Counted from the stretch's first letter, positions 25,990 through 35,903 are shown. The stretch is 63,133 nucleotides of DNA from Candidatus Peribacteria bacterium (GCA_943357915.1 CALRGQ010000001.1:72816-135948), one strand, 5' to 3'. Made by a program: numbers and translations. Notes: a model not told the origin generated them from the sequence alone.

Positions 25990-26099
25990 GCCCTCATCCT
26001 CGATCCTTCTCCATCGATATGGAGAAGGAAGCTCTGTTTCACTGAGAGCTAGGGCCCCCTCCTCTCCAGATCGCTGGAGAGGAGGTCGGGTGGTGAGGG
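25990..26099. repeat. Composite inverted-repeat element between convergent genes
   Basis: CCCTCATCC start, hairpins CCTTCTCCAT/ATGGAGAAGG and CCTCCTCTCCAG/CTGGAGAGGAGG, and GGTGAGGG end. Confidence 0.7.
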
Positions 26100-26105
26100 C
26101 TCCAA

Positions 26106-26873
26106 TTATTCTTTTGATGCCAGTGCACTGATTTTTTGTTTCACACCTTCGTTGTAGGGCTCGATCTTATTGATGCGTCGGTACACTTCTTCGGCCTTGG
26201 GATTCTCATTCATTTGGACATAACACTCTGCAAGTAGGTGCAAGAGTTCGATATCTCGCGAGAGTCTTGCGATTGCTTTTTCGAGGAGCGGAGCTGCGTC
26301 TTTGAATCTTCGTGCTGCGATGCAGGCACGGCCAAGGGCAGCTGAGCGCTCTGGGTTTTGAGGATCACGGTTTAGGGCTTCCTGGTACGCAAAACAAGCA
26401 TCTACGTACTTGGCTTGCATGTAGTATGCGAGTCCGAGGTTGGCGAAAAACGCCACGTCTTCTCGCTTTTGGACCAGCTCTTTATACAGAGCCTCAGCTT
26501 TGGCTTCGCGATTCGTTGTGAGATACAGCTTCGCCAGTTCTGCTTGTGTGTCCGTAGAATCAGGATTGATCGTGAGGGCTTGAATAAGAATGTGTTCTGC
26601 TTCGGCGTGGTTCTGGAGTGCAATCTCTTTCTCTGCCGAACGCATGAGAGAACGGACTTTTTGGAGTTCAATGGCTGACGTGCGAGGATTTTTACGAGGA
26701 CGGTCTACCGTTCGTTCTTCCATCATCATGGCTCCACGGTTGTCTGCAGACTGAAAACGTAGCTTCATTGACCGCACAAGCCTGCGCACTCCACGGTTCC
26801 GTAAAAGGATCCTGCCAGCCACCAGGACGACAATACCGAAGAAGGCCGTTAAGAACACAACCACGTAAGGCAT
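26106..26873 (-). CDS. Membrane-anchored TPR protein
   Basis: N-terminal TM segment and several TPR-like repeats (NLGLAYYMQAKY..A...YQEAL..DP). Confidence 0.88.
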   Translation of the reverse strand: MPYVVVFLTAFFGIVVLVAGRILLRNRGVRRLVRSMKLRFQSADNRGAMMMEERTVDRPRKNPRTSAIELQKVRSLMRSAEKEIALQNHAEAEHILIQALTINPDSTDTQAELAKLYLTTNREAKAEALYKELVQKREDVAFFANLGLAYYMQAKYVDACFAYQEALNRDPQNPERSAALGRACIAARRFKDAAPLLEKAIARLSRDIELLHLLAECYVQMNENPKAEEVYRRINKIEPYNEGVKQKISALASKE

Positions 26874-26889
26874 ACGACGTTTGATTTTA

Positions 26890-27873
26890 TCACGCGTTCT
26901 CGTCTACCGCCAGAGCGAACCGCTCCAAGAGAAGTGCCCGATGAGCGTTGGTTTTGAGGTCTCGAGTTAGTGCCGAATATGTCTGAACCAATGCAGCACG
27001 CTTTTGAATATCAGGATACTCTCTGAGTGCGAGTCCAAGGTGCATAAGGACATCATCGGTTGATTGTTTTTTCTCGGTTGCTTTCAGCAGCCAGCTGAGT
27101 CTGTCTTTCAGTGATGTGGTCTGCCAAAACTGTTTCGCTTGGGAGTGAAGCTGTTTGCTTGCTCGAAGAGTATCAGGATCGTCCAGAAGGCGCTTGAGCT
27201 TTCCTGGAGCGCCCTCGGCAATATGCAGTGCGAATCCTGCATCTTCGTCATCGCGGCCATCAAGCAGCGCAATCATTTCATCTTTCTTGAGCGGGGCAAA
27301 TCGGAGAGTTCGGGTACGGGAAAGAATAGTCGGTAGCAGTAATGACGGTGCGTCAGTGGTTAAAATAAAGACGACTCGTGCAGGTGGTTCTTCCAGAATT
27401 TTTAAAAATGACGTAGCAGCGGCTGGTTGCATACGCTCGATGCCACGGATGATGCAGCAGAGGTACGGGCTGTCGCCGGTCGCTTGTAGACGCTCAAAGA
27501 GCAGGCGTAGGTCATCAATGCCAATGACGTCCGTGCGAGCCGGCGTGTCTTTACTGCGGTGCTGCTGTGGCACGTTAGAAGACTGCGCGATCACATTCCA
27601 ATCTTCGCTGATTTCTTCGATCCACAAATCATCCAGACACAAAAAATCAGGATGAATAAATTTTTCCATCTGAATGCGTACCGGTTCGGCTTGATCAGAG
27701 GGAAGATGATCCACGAGAAGGCGCCACGCAAACCACTGAGCCACCGTCGTCTTGCCGATGTGTTCTGGGCCTGACAAAAGATACGCGTGGGCAATATTTT
27801 TATCTGCGATATCCTTCAGTAGCTCGCCGCGCTGCTTCTCATGGCCGGCGATGTCTTCAGGAATATGAGGCAT
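26890..27873 (-). CDS. holB: DNA polymerase III delta' subunit
   Basis: HAYLLSGP.HIGKT, HPDF, LKILEEPP and LLPTILSR motifs. Confidence 0.85.
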   Translation of the reverse strand: MPHIPEDIAGHEKQRGELLKDIADKNIAHAYLLSGPEHIGKTTVAQWFAWRLLVDHLPSDQAEPVRIQMEKFIHPDFLCLDDLWIEEISEDWNVIAQSSNVPQQHRSKDTPARTDVIGIDDLRLLFERLQATGDSPYLCCIIRGIERMQPAAATSFLKILEEPPARVVFILTTDAPSLLLPTILSRTRTLRFAPLKKDEMIALLDGRDDEDAGFALHIAEGAPGKLKRLLDDPDTLRASKQLHSQAKQFWQTTSLKDRLSWLLKATEKKQSTDDVLMHLGLALREYPDIQKRAALVQTYSALTRDLKTNAHRALLLERFALAVDENA

Positions 27874-27906
27874 GGATACAGCGGAACAACTGCCTTCCGG
27901 TTGCGG

Positions 27907-29109
27907 CTACCGTGTAACCGAGATTTTCTTATCGCCTTCGGTTGACGGTGCGCTTACGGTGATTCTGCCGTCATTGTTCTTGAAAATCGTATACTTTGTG
28001 GAAGTCGCCGTGGATGCCTGCGGATCCCGTGGTGTCGAGACGAGATACATTTCATTAAGAAGCTTGAGATCCACGAGTCCGGTGCAGTCTACTTTTATGT
28101 CAGAGCGGCAAATTTCTGTTTCGGTCATCGAGATCTCGGGAGGCAGCTTGCCGTTGTTGTCGATGGCGTACTGGTACACACCGTTCAAAATCGTATTTAC
28201 ATCGGCTCTACGCTGCGCGTTACGTGCATCGGAAAGCTGCATCGTTGAGAGGCTACCCATGAGTTCTTCGAGTAGCTTACTTCCTTCAGGAGCGACAATC
28301 AGAGGCTTTGATATCGTCTTGCTTGTGCCGCTCACGTTGAAACCAGCTTTCTTGCCGTTGAGCTTGGACATGATTGCCATCTGAATCTGACTTGCATCGA
28401 AACGGCCGTCGGAGAGAACGTCGACGAAAGCGTTCAGTGTCATCGTCGTATTGCGGATGTTCTTTCTTGCCTCGGCACCGAATTTCGGTGAAGAGTAGCG
28501 GCGAGTTTGTGCTGAGAGAGCCGTCAGTAACCGACGCTGATTGGCAGGGGAGATGGAAAGGGCGTAGTGACGCATGCCGTCTCTCTGGACTGTTTCGGTG
28601 ATATCGATGAACCTTTCGTACCGTTTCACCGCTTTCGATCGCTGTGTTCGGCCCTCCTGGGAGAGCTGTTCTTGCATGGATGTGTCGAGTGGGAAGCGGA
28701 TCCAGACGTGCAACAAATCCTTATAATCATACGGTTCTATGCCGAGTGAGGAAGCATTTATGACAGTTATATCGTTCACACGGACATAGAAATTCCCTTC
28801 CACAACGCGCCCCTCAAACAGAATGCTCACAGATCCCTGTTGCGAGACATCTACGGAAACAACTCCCGAAAAATCAACTTCGATGGGATTCGTTCCGTCG
28901 ACAGCGTTCTGTACGCCCTTCACCGTCGCCTTCAGGCTGTAGTCTTCATACGTTCCTCCTACTGTCGCATTGAACTCGATGGGACGCGCATTATTCTGCA
29001 CGATCGTCGACAGTTTCTGCAGTGTCATCGACGTTTTTGCAAAAGCAATGCTGCTCGGAATCAGAAGACCGGCTGCCGAAAGAGCGAGGAATATGCGGAC
29101 TTTTTTCAT
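27907..29109 (-). CDS. Secreted protein with C-terminal type IV pilin head domain
   Basis: Sec-type signal MKKVRIFLALSAAGLLIPSSIAFA. The last ~107 aa align with pilin 47671-47997. Confidence 0.85.
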   Translation of the reverse strand: MKKVRIFLALSAAGLLIPSSIAFAKTSMTLQKLSTIVQNNARPIEFNATVGGTYEDYSLKATVKGVQNAVDGTNPIEVDFSGVVSVDVSQQGSVSILFEGRVVEGNFYVRVNDITVINASSLGIEPYDYKDLLHVWIRFPLDTSMQEQLSQEGRTQRSKAVKRYERFIDITETVQRDGMRHYALSISPANQRRLLTALSAQTRRYSSPKFGAEARKNIRNTTMTLNAFVDVLSDGRFDASQIQMAIMSKLNGKKAGFNVSGTSKTISKPLIVAPEGSKLLEELMGSLSTMQLSDARNAQRRADVNTILNGVYQYAIDNNGKLPPEISMTETEICRSDIKVDCTGLVDLKLLNEMYLVSTPRDPQASTATSTKYTIFKNNDGRITVSAPSTEGDKKISVTR

Positions 29110-29159
29110 AGAGTGAGGAGAGGTAAGTTTATACATCGTACCCGTAGACAGTCCGTGCG

Positions 29160-31811
29160 TCATCCTTCCTTGCCGTGACATTTCTTATACTTCTTGCCGC
29201 TGCCGCAGGGACACGGATCATTGCGCCCCACCTGCGTTGAAGCTCCGGCGGGCAAGCCCACTTTCTGCGGTTGTGTTTTGGTGGCAGTCGATGACGCACC
29301 GAGTTGTTGCAGTGCACCTTCGATCTCAGCTTCGTTGGTCTGCAAATTTTGAGGATCACTGGTGAATGTCACCTGCGGCGCTTGGAACTGCGCAAAGTCG
29401 ATTTGTAGCAGCGTACGGACGGTCGTTGCGGCAATCGTCGCGAGGAGTTTTTGGAACATCTGGAAGCCTTGGTCCTGATATTCGATCAGTGGATCACGCT
29501 GTGCGTAGCCTGAGAATGCGACTTGTTCACGGAGGTGTGCCATCGCATCGATGTGATCCATCCAATGACTATCGATGGATTGCAGCACCACGATCTGCTC
29601 AGCTTTTTCTGACGCTTCAGGGCCATAGTGCTTGGTTTTCTGCGCGTAGAACGACAGCATCATGTCCTCAAGCTGCTTTCGGACTTCTTCCGGTTCGGTC
29701 ATTGTTTTCAAATCTTCTACGCTGATAGCTCGGCCGAGATCCGGATGCAGACCGGCTAGAGTTTCATTCAGTTTTTTCAGATCCCATAGTTCAGGATCTT
29801 CTGCGGATGCATATTCTGAGAGCGCATCTACTTCGCGCTTGATCATCGTGATGACTTCCTCATGGAGTGAATCTGTATCTGTGCTCTTACCTGCAATCTT
29901 GAGGAGCAGTCTCTGGCGCCGTTTGTACATGATGTCGCGGTGCTTGTTCATGACGTCGTCGTACTGCACGACGTGGCGACGGACATCAAAGTTTCGGCCT
30001 TCCACTTTCTTTTGCGCACTCTCGATGGATTTGGATACCATGCCATTTTCGAGCGGCATATCTTCCGGCACATTCAGCCGTTTCATCATGGACTTCAGTC
30101 GGTCACCACCAAAGAGGCGCATCAGCTCATCTTCCATCGATACGAAGAATTGGCTCTCACCCGGGTCACCCTGACGTCCTGCACGGCCACGCAGCTGATT
30201 ATCGATACGCCGTGCTTCATGACGCTCGGTTCCGAGAATCGTAAGACCACCGGTTTCCTGAATGCCCGCACCAAGCTTAATGTCCGTTCCACGACCGGCC
30301 ATGTTGGTCGCAATCGTAATGGCGCCACGTTGTCCGGCATTAGCCACGATCTCCGCTTCTTTCTCGTGATGTTTAGCGTTGAGCACGGTGTGGGGGATCT
30401 TCATCTCTTCCAGCAGTGCGCTCATCGCTTCAGACTTTTCGATGGACGTGGTACCGATCAGGACCGGTTGGCCTTTTTCGTGTTTCTCTTTTGCGATCTT
30501 TGCAACAGCTGTGAATTTAGCTTTTGTGCTTGCGTACACAGCGTCCGGCTTATCGATACGAGACATGATCCGGTTCGTTGGAATCTGGTGGACCGGAAGC
30601 CTATAGATCGACTGGAATTCCTCCTCTTCAGTTTTTGCGGTACCGGTCATACCGGCTAGTTTTTCAAAAATGCGGAAGTAGTTCTGGAACGTGATGGTCG
30701 CGAGTGTTTTACTTTCGCGTTGTACCGGTACACCTTCTTTGGCTTCGATTGCCTGATGTAAGCCGTGGCTATAGCGCCGACCCGGCATCAAGCGGCCGGT
30801 GAATTCATCGACAATAATAATTTCACCGTCTTTTGAGACGTAGTCGACGTCACGCTGGTAGATAGCGTACGCACGGAGTGCCTGCTCGATGTGATGCACT
30901 TCTTCAAATCCTTTTTCCGTGTAAATATTCTCAACGCCCAGTAACCCCTCCATTTTTTTGATACCAGCTTCCGTCAGAGCCGCAGCACGTTGTTTTTCAT
31001 CTTTGACGTAATCAGTCTGCTCCTGAAGATTCTGCACATACTTGGCGTACAAGTCATATTTCAGCGTTGACTCTTCTGCCGGCTGACTGATGATGAGTGG
31101 CGTGCGTGCTTCGTCGATGAGAATCGAGTCCACTTCGTCCACGATGGCGTAGTACAGACCGCGTTGGACCTGACGTTCCACGGACGGTGCCATGTTGTCA
31201 CGGAGATAATCAAAGCCGAATTCATTATTCGTTCCGTATGTGACGTCCGCGGCGTAGGCTTCTTTGCGCTGTTCATGATTCAGACCATGCACGATGACGC
31301 CGACTGTGAGGCCGAGAGCTTCGTACAAATATCCCATCCACTGTGCGTCACGTTTTGCGAGATAGTCGTTGACCGTCACTACGTGCACACCTTTTCCGGT
31401 GATTGCGTTTAAGTAGACCGGCAACGTACACACGAGTGTTTTTCCTTCTCCGGTTTTCATTTCGGCAATCGCTCCGCGGTGGAGCACAACGCCACCGATG
31501 ATCTGTACATCAAACGGAACCATGTCCCACTTTTGCGTGGCAGCTCCGAGCGTTACTTCTTTCCCGACGAGGAGCTCACAAGCACGGATAGCGACTGCGA
31601 AAGCTTCTGGGAGCAACGCGTCCAGAGTCTCGCCCTTCTGATATCGGTCTCTAAATTCTTGGGTTTTTGTCGGCAAGTCTTCGAGCGTCAGTTTCTGAAT
31701 TTCTGTAGATTTCTGCAGCGCACGAACCTCGCCCACGATCGGTGCAATGAGCTTGAGCTCCTTGCGGCTTGGGTCGCCTAAAAGCCTGTTGAGGATGTCA
31801 ATAACGGACAT
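29160..31811 (-). CDS. secA: Preprotein translocase ATPase SecA
   Basis: MKTGEGKT, DEVDSILIDEARTPL, NMAGRGTD, QLRGRAGRQGDPG and SEC-C GRNDPCPCGSGKKYKKCH motifs. Confidence 0.99.
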   Translation of the reverse strand: MSVIDILNRLLGDPSRKELKLIAPIVGEVRALQKSTEIQKLTLEDLPTKTQEFRDRYQKGETLDALLPEAFAVAIRACELLVGKEVTLGAATQKWDMVPFDVQIIGGVVLHRGAIAEMKTGEGKTLVCTLPVYLNAITGKGVHVVTVNDYLAKRDAQWMGYLYEALGLTVGVIVHGLNHEQRKEAYAADVTYGTNNEFGFDYLRDNMAPSVERQVQRGLYYAIVDEVDSILIDEARTPLIISQPAEESTLKYDLYAKYVQNLQEQTDYVKDEKQRAAALTEAGIKKMEGLLGVENIYTEKGFEEVHHIEQALRAYAIYQRDVDYVSKDGEIIIVDEFTGRLMPGRRYSHGLHQAIEAKEGVPVQRESKTLATITFQNYFRIFEKLAGMTGTAKTEEEEFQSIYRLPVHQIPTNRIMSRIDKPDAVYASTKAKFTAVAKIAKEKHEKGQPVLIGTTSIEKSEAMSALLEEMKIPHTVLNAKHHEKEAEIVANAGQRGAITIATNMAGRGTDIKLGAGIQETGGLTILGTERHEARRIDNQLRGRAGRQGDPGESQFFVSMEDELMRLFGGDRLKSMMKRLNVPEDMPLENGMVSKSIESAQKKVEGRNFDVRRHVVQYDDVMNKHRDIMYKRRQRLLLKIAGKSTDTDSLHEEVITMIKREVDALSEYASAEDPELWDLKKLNETLAGLHPDLGRAISVEDLKTMTEPEEVRKQLEDMMLSFYAQKTKHYGPEASEKAEQIVVLQSIDSHWMDHIDAMAHLREQVAFSGYAQRDPLIEYQDQGFQMFQKLLATIAATTVRTLLQIDFAQFQAPQVTFTSDPQNLQTNEAEIEGALQQLGASSTATKTQPQKVGLPAGASTQVGRNDPCPCGSGKKYKKCHGKEG

Positions 31812-31873
31812 GGATAGAGAGTATAGCAGAATTCGCGTTTAACGCAGGAAGAATCCTGCTCCTGAACTTAGTT

Positions 31874-32467
31874 TCATGCTCCACGTCCGTACCATGGCAC
31901 CAGAGACTTCTTTTCATAACTGATCGAATCAAGAAGATTTGGCAGAACATCGGACACAGTTTTCATGTCTGCCAGAGGTTTGATCTGTAACACTGTGGCT
32001 TGTTCAGGCAATACTTCTCCAAAATAAAAACCTTCGGTTACTGTTTTCAGTTCATCAAGCGTAATCGTCACTGGCTCTGGCCACGTCGTTGCATACTTCC
32101 CGAAGCCACGGATAAACAGAAGCTGTTTTTTGGTCGAATGAATCCAGAGAACGTCGCCATCCACTCGTGCTGCATATAAATCAGAAAGATGCAGACCGCC
32201 GATGGGAATTTGTAAGCTCCAGCTCAAGGCATTCGCGATACTGAGTCCCACTCGCTGGCTCATGAATCCGCCAGGCCCCATGACTGCTGCAATCCGTTCA
32301 ATCTTGTTCAATGAACCTCCTGCTTGTTTCACACACTCCTCTATCGCGGGCATGACAGCGGCTTCATCGGTGTGGTCTGCCAGTTCTTTTTCGGCAAGCG
32401 TTTCACTATCTCGAACGACAGCAATGATTTTCCGGTGACTGCAGAAATCGAGGAAGAGAGTGAGCAC
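31874..32467 (-). CDS. tsaB: tRNA t6A biosynthesis protein TsaB
   Basis: TLFLD, IAAVMGPGGFMSQRVGLSIANAL (variant of GPGSFTGLRIG) and a C-terminal P.Y.R. Confidence 0.85.
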   Translation of the reverse strand: MLTLFLDFCSHRKIIAVVRDSETLAEKELADHTDEAAVMPAIEECVKQAGGSLNKIERIAAVMGPGGFMSQRVGLSIANALSWSLQIPIGGLHLSDLYAARVDGDVLWIHSTKKQLLFIRGFGKYATTWPEPVTITLDELKTVTEGFYFGEVLPEQATVLQIKPLADMKTVSDVLPNLLDSISYEKKSLVPWYGRGA

Positions 32468-32534
32468 GGGGGTAGGGTAGGGCAGGTAGGATAGGTAAGA
32501 AAGGTAGGGTTTACGATATGATCATATTCTGACT

Positions 32535-33395
32535 ATGCCTCGTCTCTCCGTCATCATCCCTACATATCGCCGTGCCGAGATTTTGGCCGAGTGTTTGCGT
32601 AGGCTTGAATGTCAGACAATCGTCTCTGACATCGAAGTGATCATCGTCAGTGACGGCCATGATGAAAAGACATCCGCACTTTTCGCTAAGCAGACTTGGC
32701 CTATGCCGGTACGGTTTTTTGAGATCGAAAAAAGTCAGCAAGGTGCGGCGAGGAATGAGGGAATCATGCATGCAACAGGCGAGATAGTTCTTTTCATCGG
32801 TGATGATGCTTTTCTGGAACCAGATGCATGTGAAGTGCACCTTACGGTCCATCAGTCCGCAAAGACTCCGATTGCCGTTCTTGGATTTACGACGTGGGAT
32901 TCAGCAGTTGGTATCACGCCTGTCATGACATGGCTCGAAACGTCTGGGTGGCAGTTCGGATACCATGCCCTGAACCGGAGCCTGGCGACTGGTGCAGGGC
33001 CATTCATTCCGCCGAGCATCCAACATAAATTTTCCTATACGATTCACATCAGCCTTCCGCTATCAGAAGCCAAAAAAAACCTGTTTCGTACGGATGTCCA
33101 CCTCTACGGTTGGGAAGATGTTGAGTGGGGAATGCGACTAAAAAATGCCGGTGTACGCCTGTATTACGAGCCTCATGCAAAAGCTCTTCATCATCACCGT
33201 ATGACACTAGAAGATTCACTGAAGCGAATGGAAACCCTCGGGCGCTCAGCGATGGAGATTCAGAAAAAAGTTCCGGAGTTTGATCGGGTTCCGAAGGGGT
33301 GGAAGTTGCTTGCGTATCGTGTTCTTAGCCTGCTTCCGACGATGAGTGGGAAGCATCGGAAGGCTTTTTTAATAGGTTTGACGAGAGGTGCCTAA
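32535..33395 (+). CDS. Glycosyltransferase family 2
   Basis: SVIIPTYRR, SDG, AARNEG, LFIGDD and YGWED.EWG.RL motifs. Confidence 0.92.
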   Translation: MPRLSVIIPTYRRAEILAECLRRLECQTIVSDIEVIIVSDGHDEKTSALFAKQTWPMPVRFFEIEKSQQGAARNEGIMHATGEIVLFIGDDAFLEPDACEVHLTVHQSAKTPIAVLGFTTWDSAVGITPVMTWLETSGWQFGYHALNRSLATGAGPFIPPSIQHKFSYTIHISLPLSEAKKNLFRTDVHLYGWEDVEWGMRLKNAGVRLYYEPHAKALHHHRMTLEDSLKRMETLGRSAMEIQKKVPEFDRVPKGWKLLAYRVLSLLPTMSGKHRKAFLIGLTRGA

Positions 33396-33486
33396 AGTAT
33401 TATTAGAAAATATTATATAAAATAGTACATTGCCCTCATCACTCATTCCGTGCTATGATGACATAACAGAATCTAATTCTAACTTT

Positions 33487-33522
33487 GACTATCTCATGTT
33501 GCATGAGATGGTCGCTTTCTAC
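33487..33522 (+). promoter_or_regulatory. Hairpin in the nusA 5' leader (possible weak terminator/attenuator)
   Basis: GACTATCTCATG-TTG-CATGAGATGGTC followed by an interrupted U tract; TGCTATGAT lies upstream at 33451-33459. Confidence 0.4.
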
Positions 33523-33575
33523 TTAACTGACTACGTTATTTTTCACTTTTCACTTTCAATTTTTCACTCCTTTCT

Positions 33576-34778
33576 ATGCGCGCATCATTCATCGCCGCCA
33601 TTAACCAGCTCTGTGCTGAACGTAATGTCAAAGCTGACGACGTCCTCGAGGCGGTCAGGCAAGCCATCGCGACTGCATACCGTAAGGATTACGGTAATAA
33701 AGAACAGGAAATCCGCGTTGTGCTCCGTGAGGACCAAGACATGCCGAGCGTGCTTCTCATTAAAGAAGTTGTCGATGATGTGATGAACGAAAACTTTGAG
33801 ATCAGCCAGAAAGACGCACGCCGTGCGAAGCCGGACGCAGAAGTAGGAGATGAGATCGAGATCGACGTGACGCCGGTTGGTTACGGTCGCATCGCTGCAC
33901 AATCTGCAAAACAAGTCATCATCCAGAAGCTGCAGGAATCTGAGAAGCAGTCTTTGTTTGAAATGTTTAAAGATCGTGAGAATGAACTGCTGACTGCGAC
34001 TGTCACGAAAGTAGAGCCGAACTGGGTGACGCTGGAAGTGGAAGGTATGACCGTGTCTTTGCCGTGGAAAGAGCAGATCCCTGGTGAGCACTACTACACC
34101 GGAAAGCGTATCCGCGTGTACCTCGATAAAGTTGAGCTCACCGGCAAAGGACCGCAGCTCCGCATCAGTCGTACGAATGCGAGCTTGGTACGGAAACTTC
34201 TTGAGCTTGAGATTCCGGAAATCAGAAACGGCGATGTGCTCATCATGGGAATCGCGCGAGATGCCGGTATGCGCAGCAAAGTCGCGGTGAAGAGTAATGA
34301 TCCACGCATTGACCCGATTGGCGCGTGTGTTGGTCAGAAAGGCGTCCGTATTCAATCGGTCATGGAGGAGATCAACGGTGAGCGCGTGGATATGATCGAG
34401 TGGTCTGATGATCCGATCAAACTGATTTCAACTGCGCTCCAGCCTGCGTCTATTTCGGCGGTTATCATCGTGAACGGTGAGACGCATGAGGATGAAGAAG
34501 GACGGATCGTGAAGAAGCGCGCAGCGGTCTTCGTAGAAGAGGCTCAACGTCCGATGGCCATCGGAAAGAAAGGCCAGAATATCCGGCTTGCAACACAGCT
34601 GACGGGCTACGAGCTCGACATGTACAACTACGAAGAGCTCCCAGCCTTTAAGGCCAAACTTGCGGAACTGAAGGGCGAAGAAGTGGAGGTGGTGATGTTG
34701 GTGCCAGAGGGAGAAGTGGCAGGTGAAGAAGTGAAAGAAGAGCCGAAAGCTGAGGCTGAAGAGAAGAAGGCGGAGTAA
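33576..34778 (+). CDS. nusA: Transcription termination/antitermination factor NusA
   Basis: GRIAAQSAKQVI, ARDAG.RSKVAV, DPIGACVG.KG.RI and AIGKKGQNIRLA motifs. Confidence 0.98.
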   Translation: MRASFIAAINQLCAERNVKADDVLEAVRQAIATAYRKDYGNKEQEIRVVLREDQDMPSVLLIKEVVDDVMNENFEISQKDARRAKPDAEVGDEIEIDVTPVGYGRIAAQSAKQVIIQKLQESEKQSLFEMFKDRENELLTATVTKVEPNWVTLEVEGMTVSLPWKEQIPGEHYYTGKRIRVYLDKVELTGKGPQLRISRTNASLVRKLLELEIPEIRNGDVLIMGIARDAGMRSKVAVKSNDPRIDPIGACVGQKGVRIQSVMEEINGERVDMIEWSDDPIKLISTALQPASISAVIIVNGETHEDEEGRIVKKRAAVFVEEAQRPMAIGKKGQNIRLATQLTGYELDMYNYEELPAFKAKLAELKGEEVEVVMLVPEGEVAGEEVKEEPKAEAEEKKAE

Positions 34779-34780
34779 GC

Positions 34781-34841
34781 ATGCTTCGAGACCCTTCGAT
34801 TACCTCAGGGCAGGCTCAACTGCGGTGCTCCTCAGCATGAC
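34781..34841. repeat. Nested CTTCGA...CTCAG-type short repeat
   Basis: Outer ATGCTTCGA...CTCAGCATGAC with inner CCCTTCGATTACCTCAGGGCAGG. Confidence 0.5.
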
Positions 34842-34853
34842 AAACTACAGAAA

Positions 34854-34880
34854 GTAGAGACGTGCGGCGCGCGCGTCTCT
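34854..34880 (+). repeat. GTAG-type REP-like palindrome, copy 1
   Basis: GTAGAGACGTGCGGCGCGCGCGTCTCT, 26/27 identical to 35407-35433. Confidence 0.85.
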
Positions 34881-34911
34881 TAGAGCGGAGAATTCCAGGA
34901 ATGATTGGTAG

Positions 34912-35148
34912 TTACTGGTGGTCGTCGATCTCAAAGACGATCAGTGTATTTTCGTGGCGTATACAGAGTGCACGATACTTTTGACTAATGCGGAAATACC
35001 AAATGCCGGCACGTTTGGGTTGTCGTTTTTTCAGATGCACAGTCGCAAAATATCCTTTCTCGATAAGTGTTACTGCCTTCCGGTATTGATCCATTAAGCC
35101 CCGTTCTTGCAGATACGAGACAACGCTCTTGTCTTGTACAACATTCAT
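34912..35148 (-). CDS. RelE/ParE/HigB-like toxin
   Basis: 78 aa basic protein with LKKRQPK..GIWYFRISQKYRA and VFEIDDHQ; 4 nt overlap with the upstream small gene. Confidence 0.75.
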   Translation of the reverse strand: MNVVQDKSVVSYLQERGLMDQYRKAVTLIEKGYFATVHLKKRQPKRAGIWYFRISQKYRALCIRHENTLIVFEIDDHQ

Positions 35149-35354
35149 ACGGATGTAAATGATCGGGGAGTCTTCTTGTAACGTTTCAGTGCATTCTTTG
35201 CTGCCGACACTCGTGCGGGCGATACGTCATCGTGCGACAATTCCTGTAGTACAACTGCTGCACCACATTGCTCAAGCGCAGCCAGAAGGTCTGAGATTGT
35301 TCCGAAGTCATGACGCTGTAACCCGATATTTTCACGAATGGTAATCGTTGTCAT
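35145..35354 (-). CDS. Putative antitoxin
   Basis: 69 aa, coupled to the toxin; ATG 7 nt after TATAAT. Confidence 0.65.
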   Translation of the reverse strand: MTTITIRENIGLQRHDFGTISDLLAALEQCGAAVVLQELSHDDVSPARVSAAKNALKRYKKTPRSFTSV

Positions 35355-35406
35355 ATACATCATTATACATTTTTTCAGGGGGGATATCCACACTTTTTTG
35401 TGCTTC

Positions 35407-35433
35407 GTAGAGACGTGCGGCGCGCACGTCTCT
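35407..35433 (+). repeat. GTAG-type REP-like palindrome, copy 2
   Basis: GTAGAGACGTGCGGCGCGCACGTCTCT. Confidence 0.85.
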
Positions 35434-35522
35434 TTTTCTTGACTTTCATTGTATTGTACTTAGTATTATGCGCTATTAATCTTCTCGCGCTTACCCAAAG
35501 ATTCTTACCCCCCCCTGTTTTT

Positions 35523-35903
35523 ATGCCACAGTTATTAGCGCGAGAAATCGGATCGCAATTTATTGAATTAGTAACCTCAAATGAAACTATTGAAGGAGGG
35601 GCACACATTCAAACACGTCTAGGTAATTTTTGGTTGGGAGGCAATCTTACCATTCTTTTCCAAAATTCCAGAGATCAATGGACGGCTTGTAACCATCATA
35701 ATCCTGCCGTTGTTGGTCTGTCGTGTGCTACCAGAGAAGCTGCTCGTGACAGTTTTTTAGAAAATCATTATCTGCAACATTGTGTGGCTGAGAACAGAAC
35801 TATGACCGACAATCAATCGTCAACATTGGTTGCTGTGCAGCAGGTGATGCATACAGCAGAAGAACCATCTAGTCCTGATCTATCTCTAGAAAATGTTCTC
35901 TAG
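35523..35903 (+). CDS. Hypothetical protein
   Basis: AT-rich ORF of about 126 aa filling the gap; no motif recognised. Confidence 0.4.
   Translation: MPQLLAREIGSQFIELVTSNETIEGGAHIQTRLGNFWLGGNLTILFQNSRDQWTACNHHNPAVVGLSCATREAARDSFLENHYLQHCVAENRTMTDNQSSTLVAVQQVMHTAEEPSSPDLSLENVL

Noticed and set aside
32468-32510. G-quadruplex between tsaB and the glycosyltransferase
   Set aside because: Only three closely spaced G3+ tracts and the fourth is distant. Better explained as a short degenerate tandem repeat.
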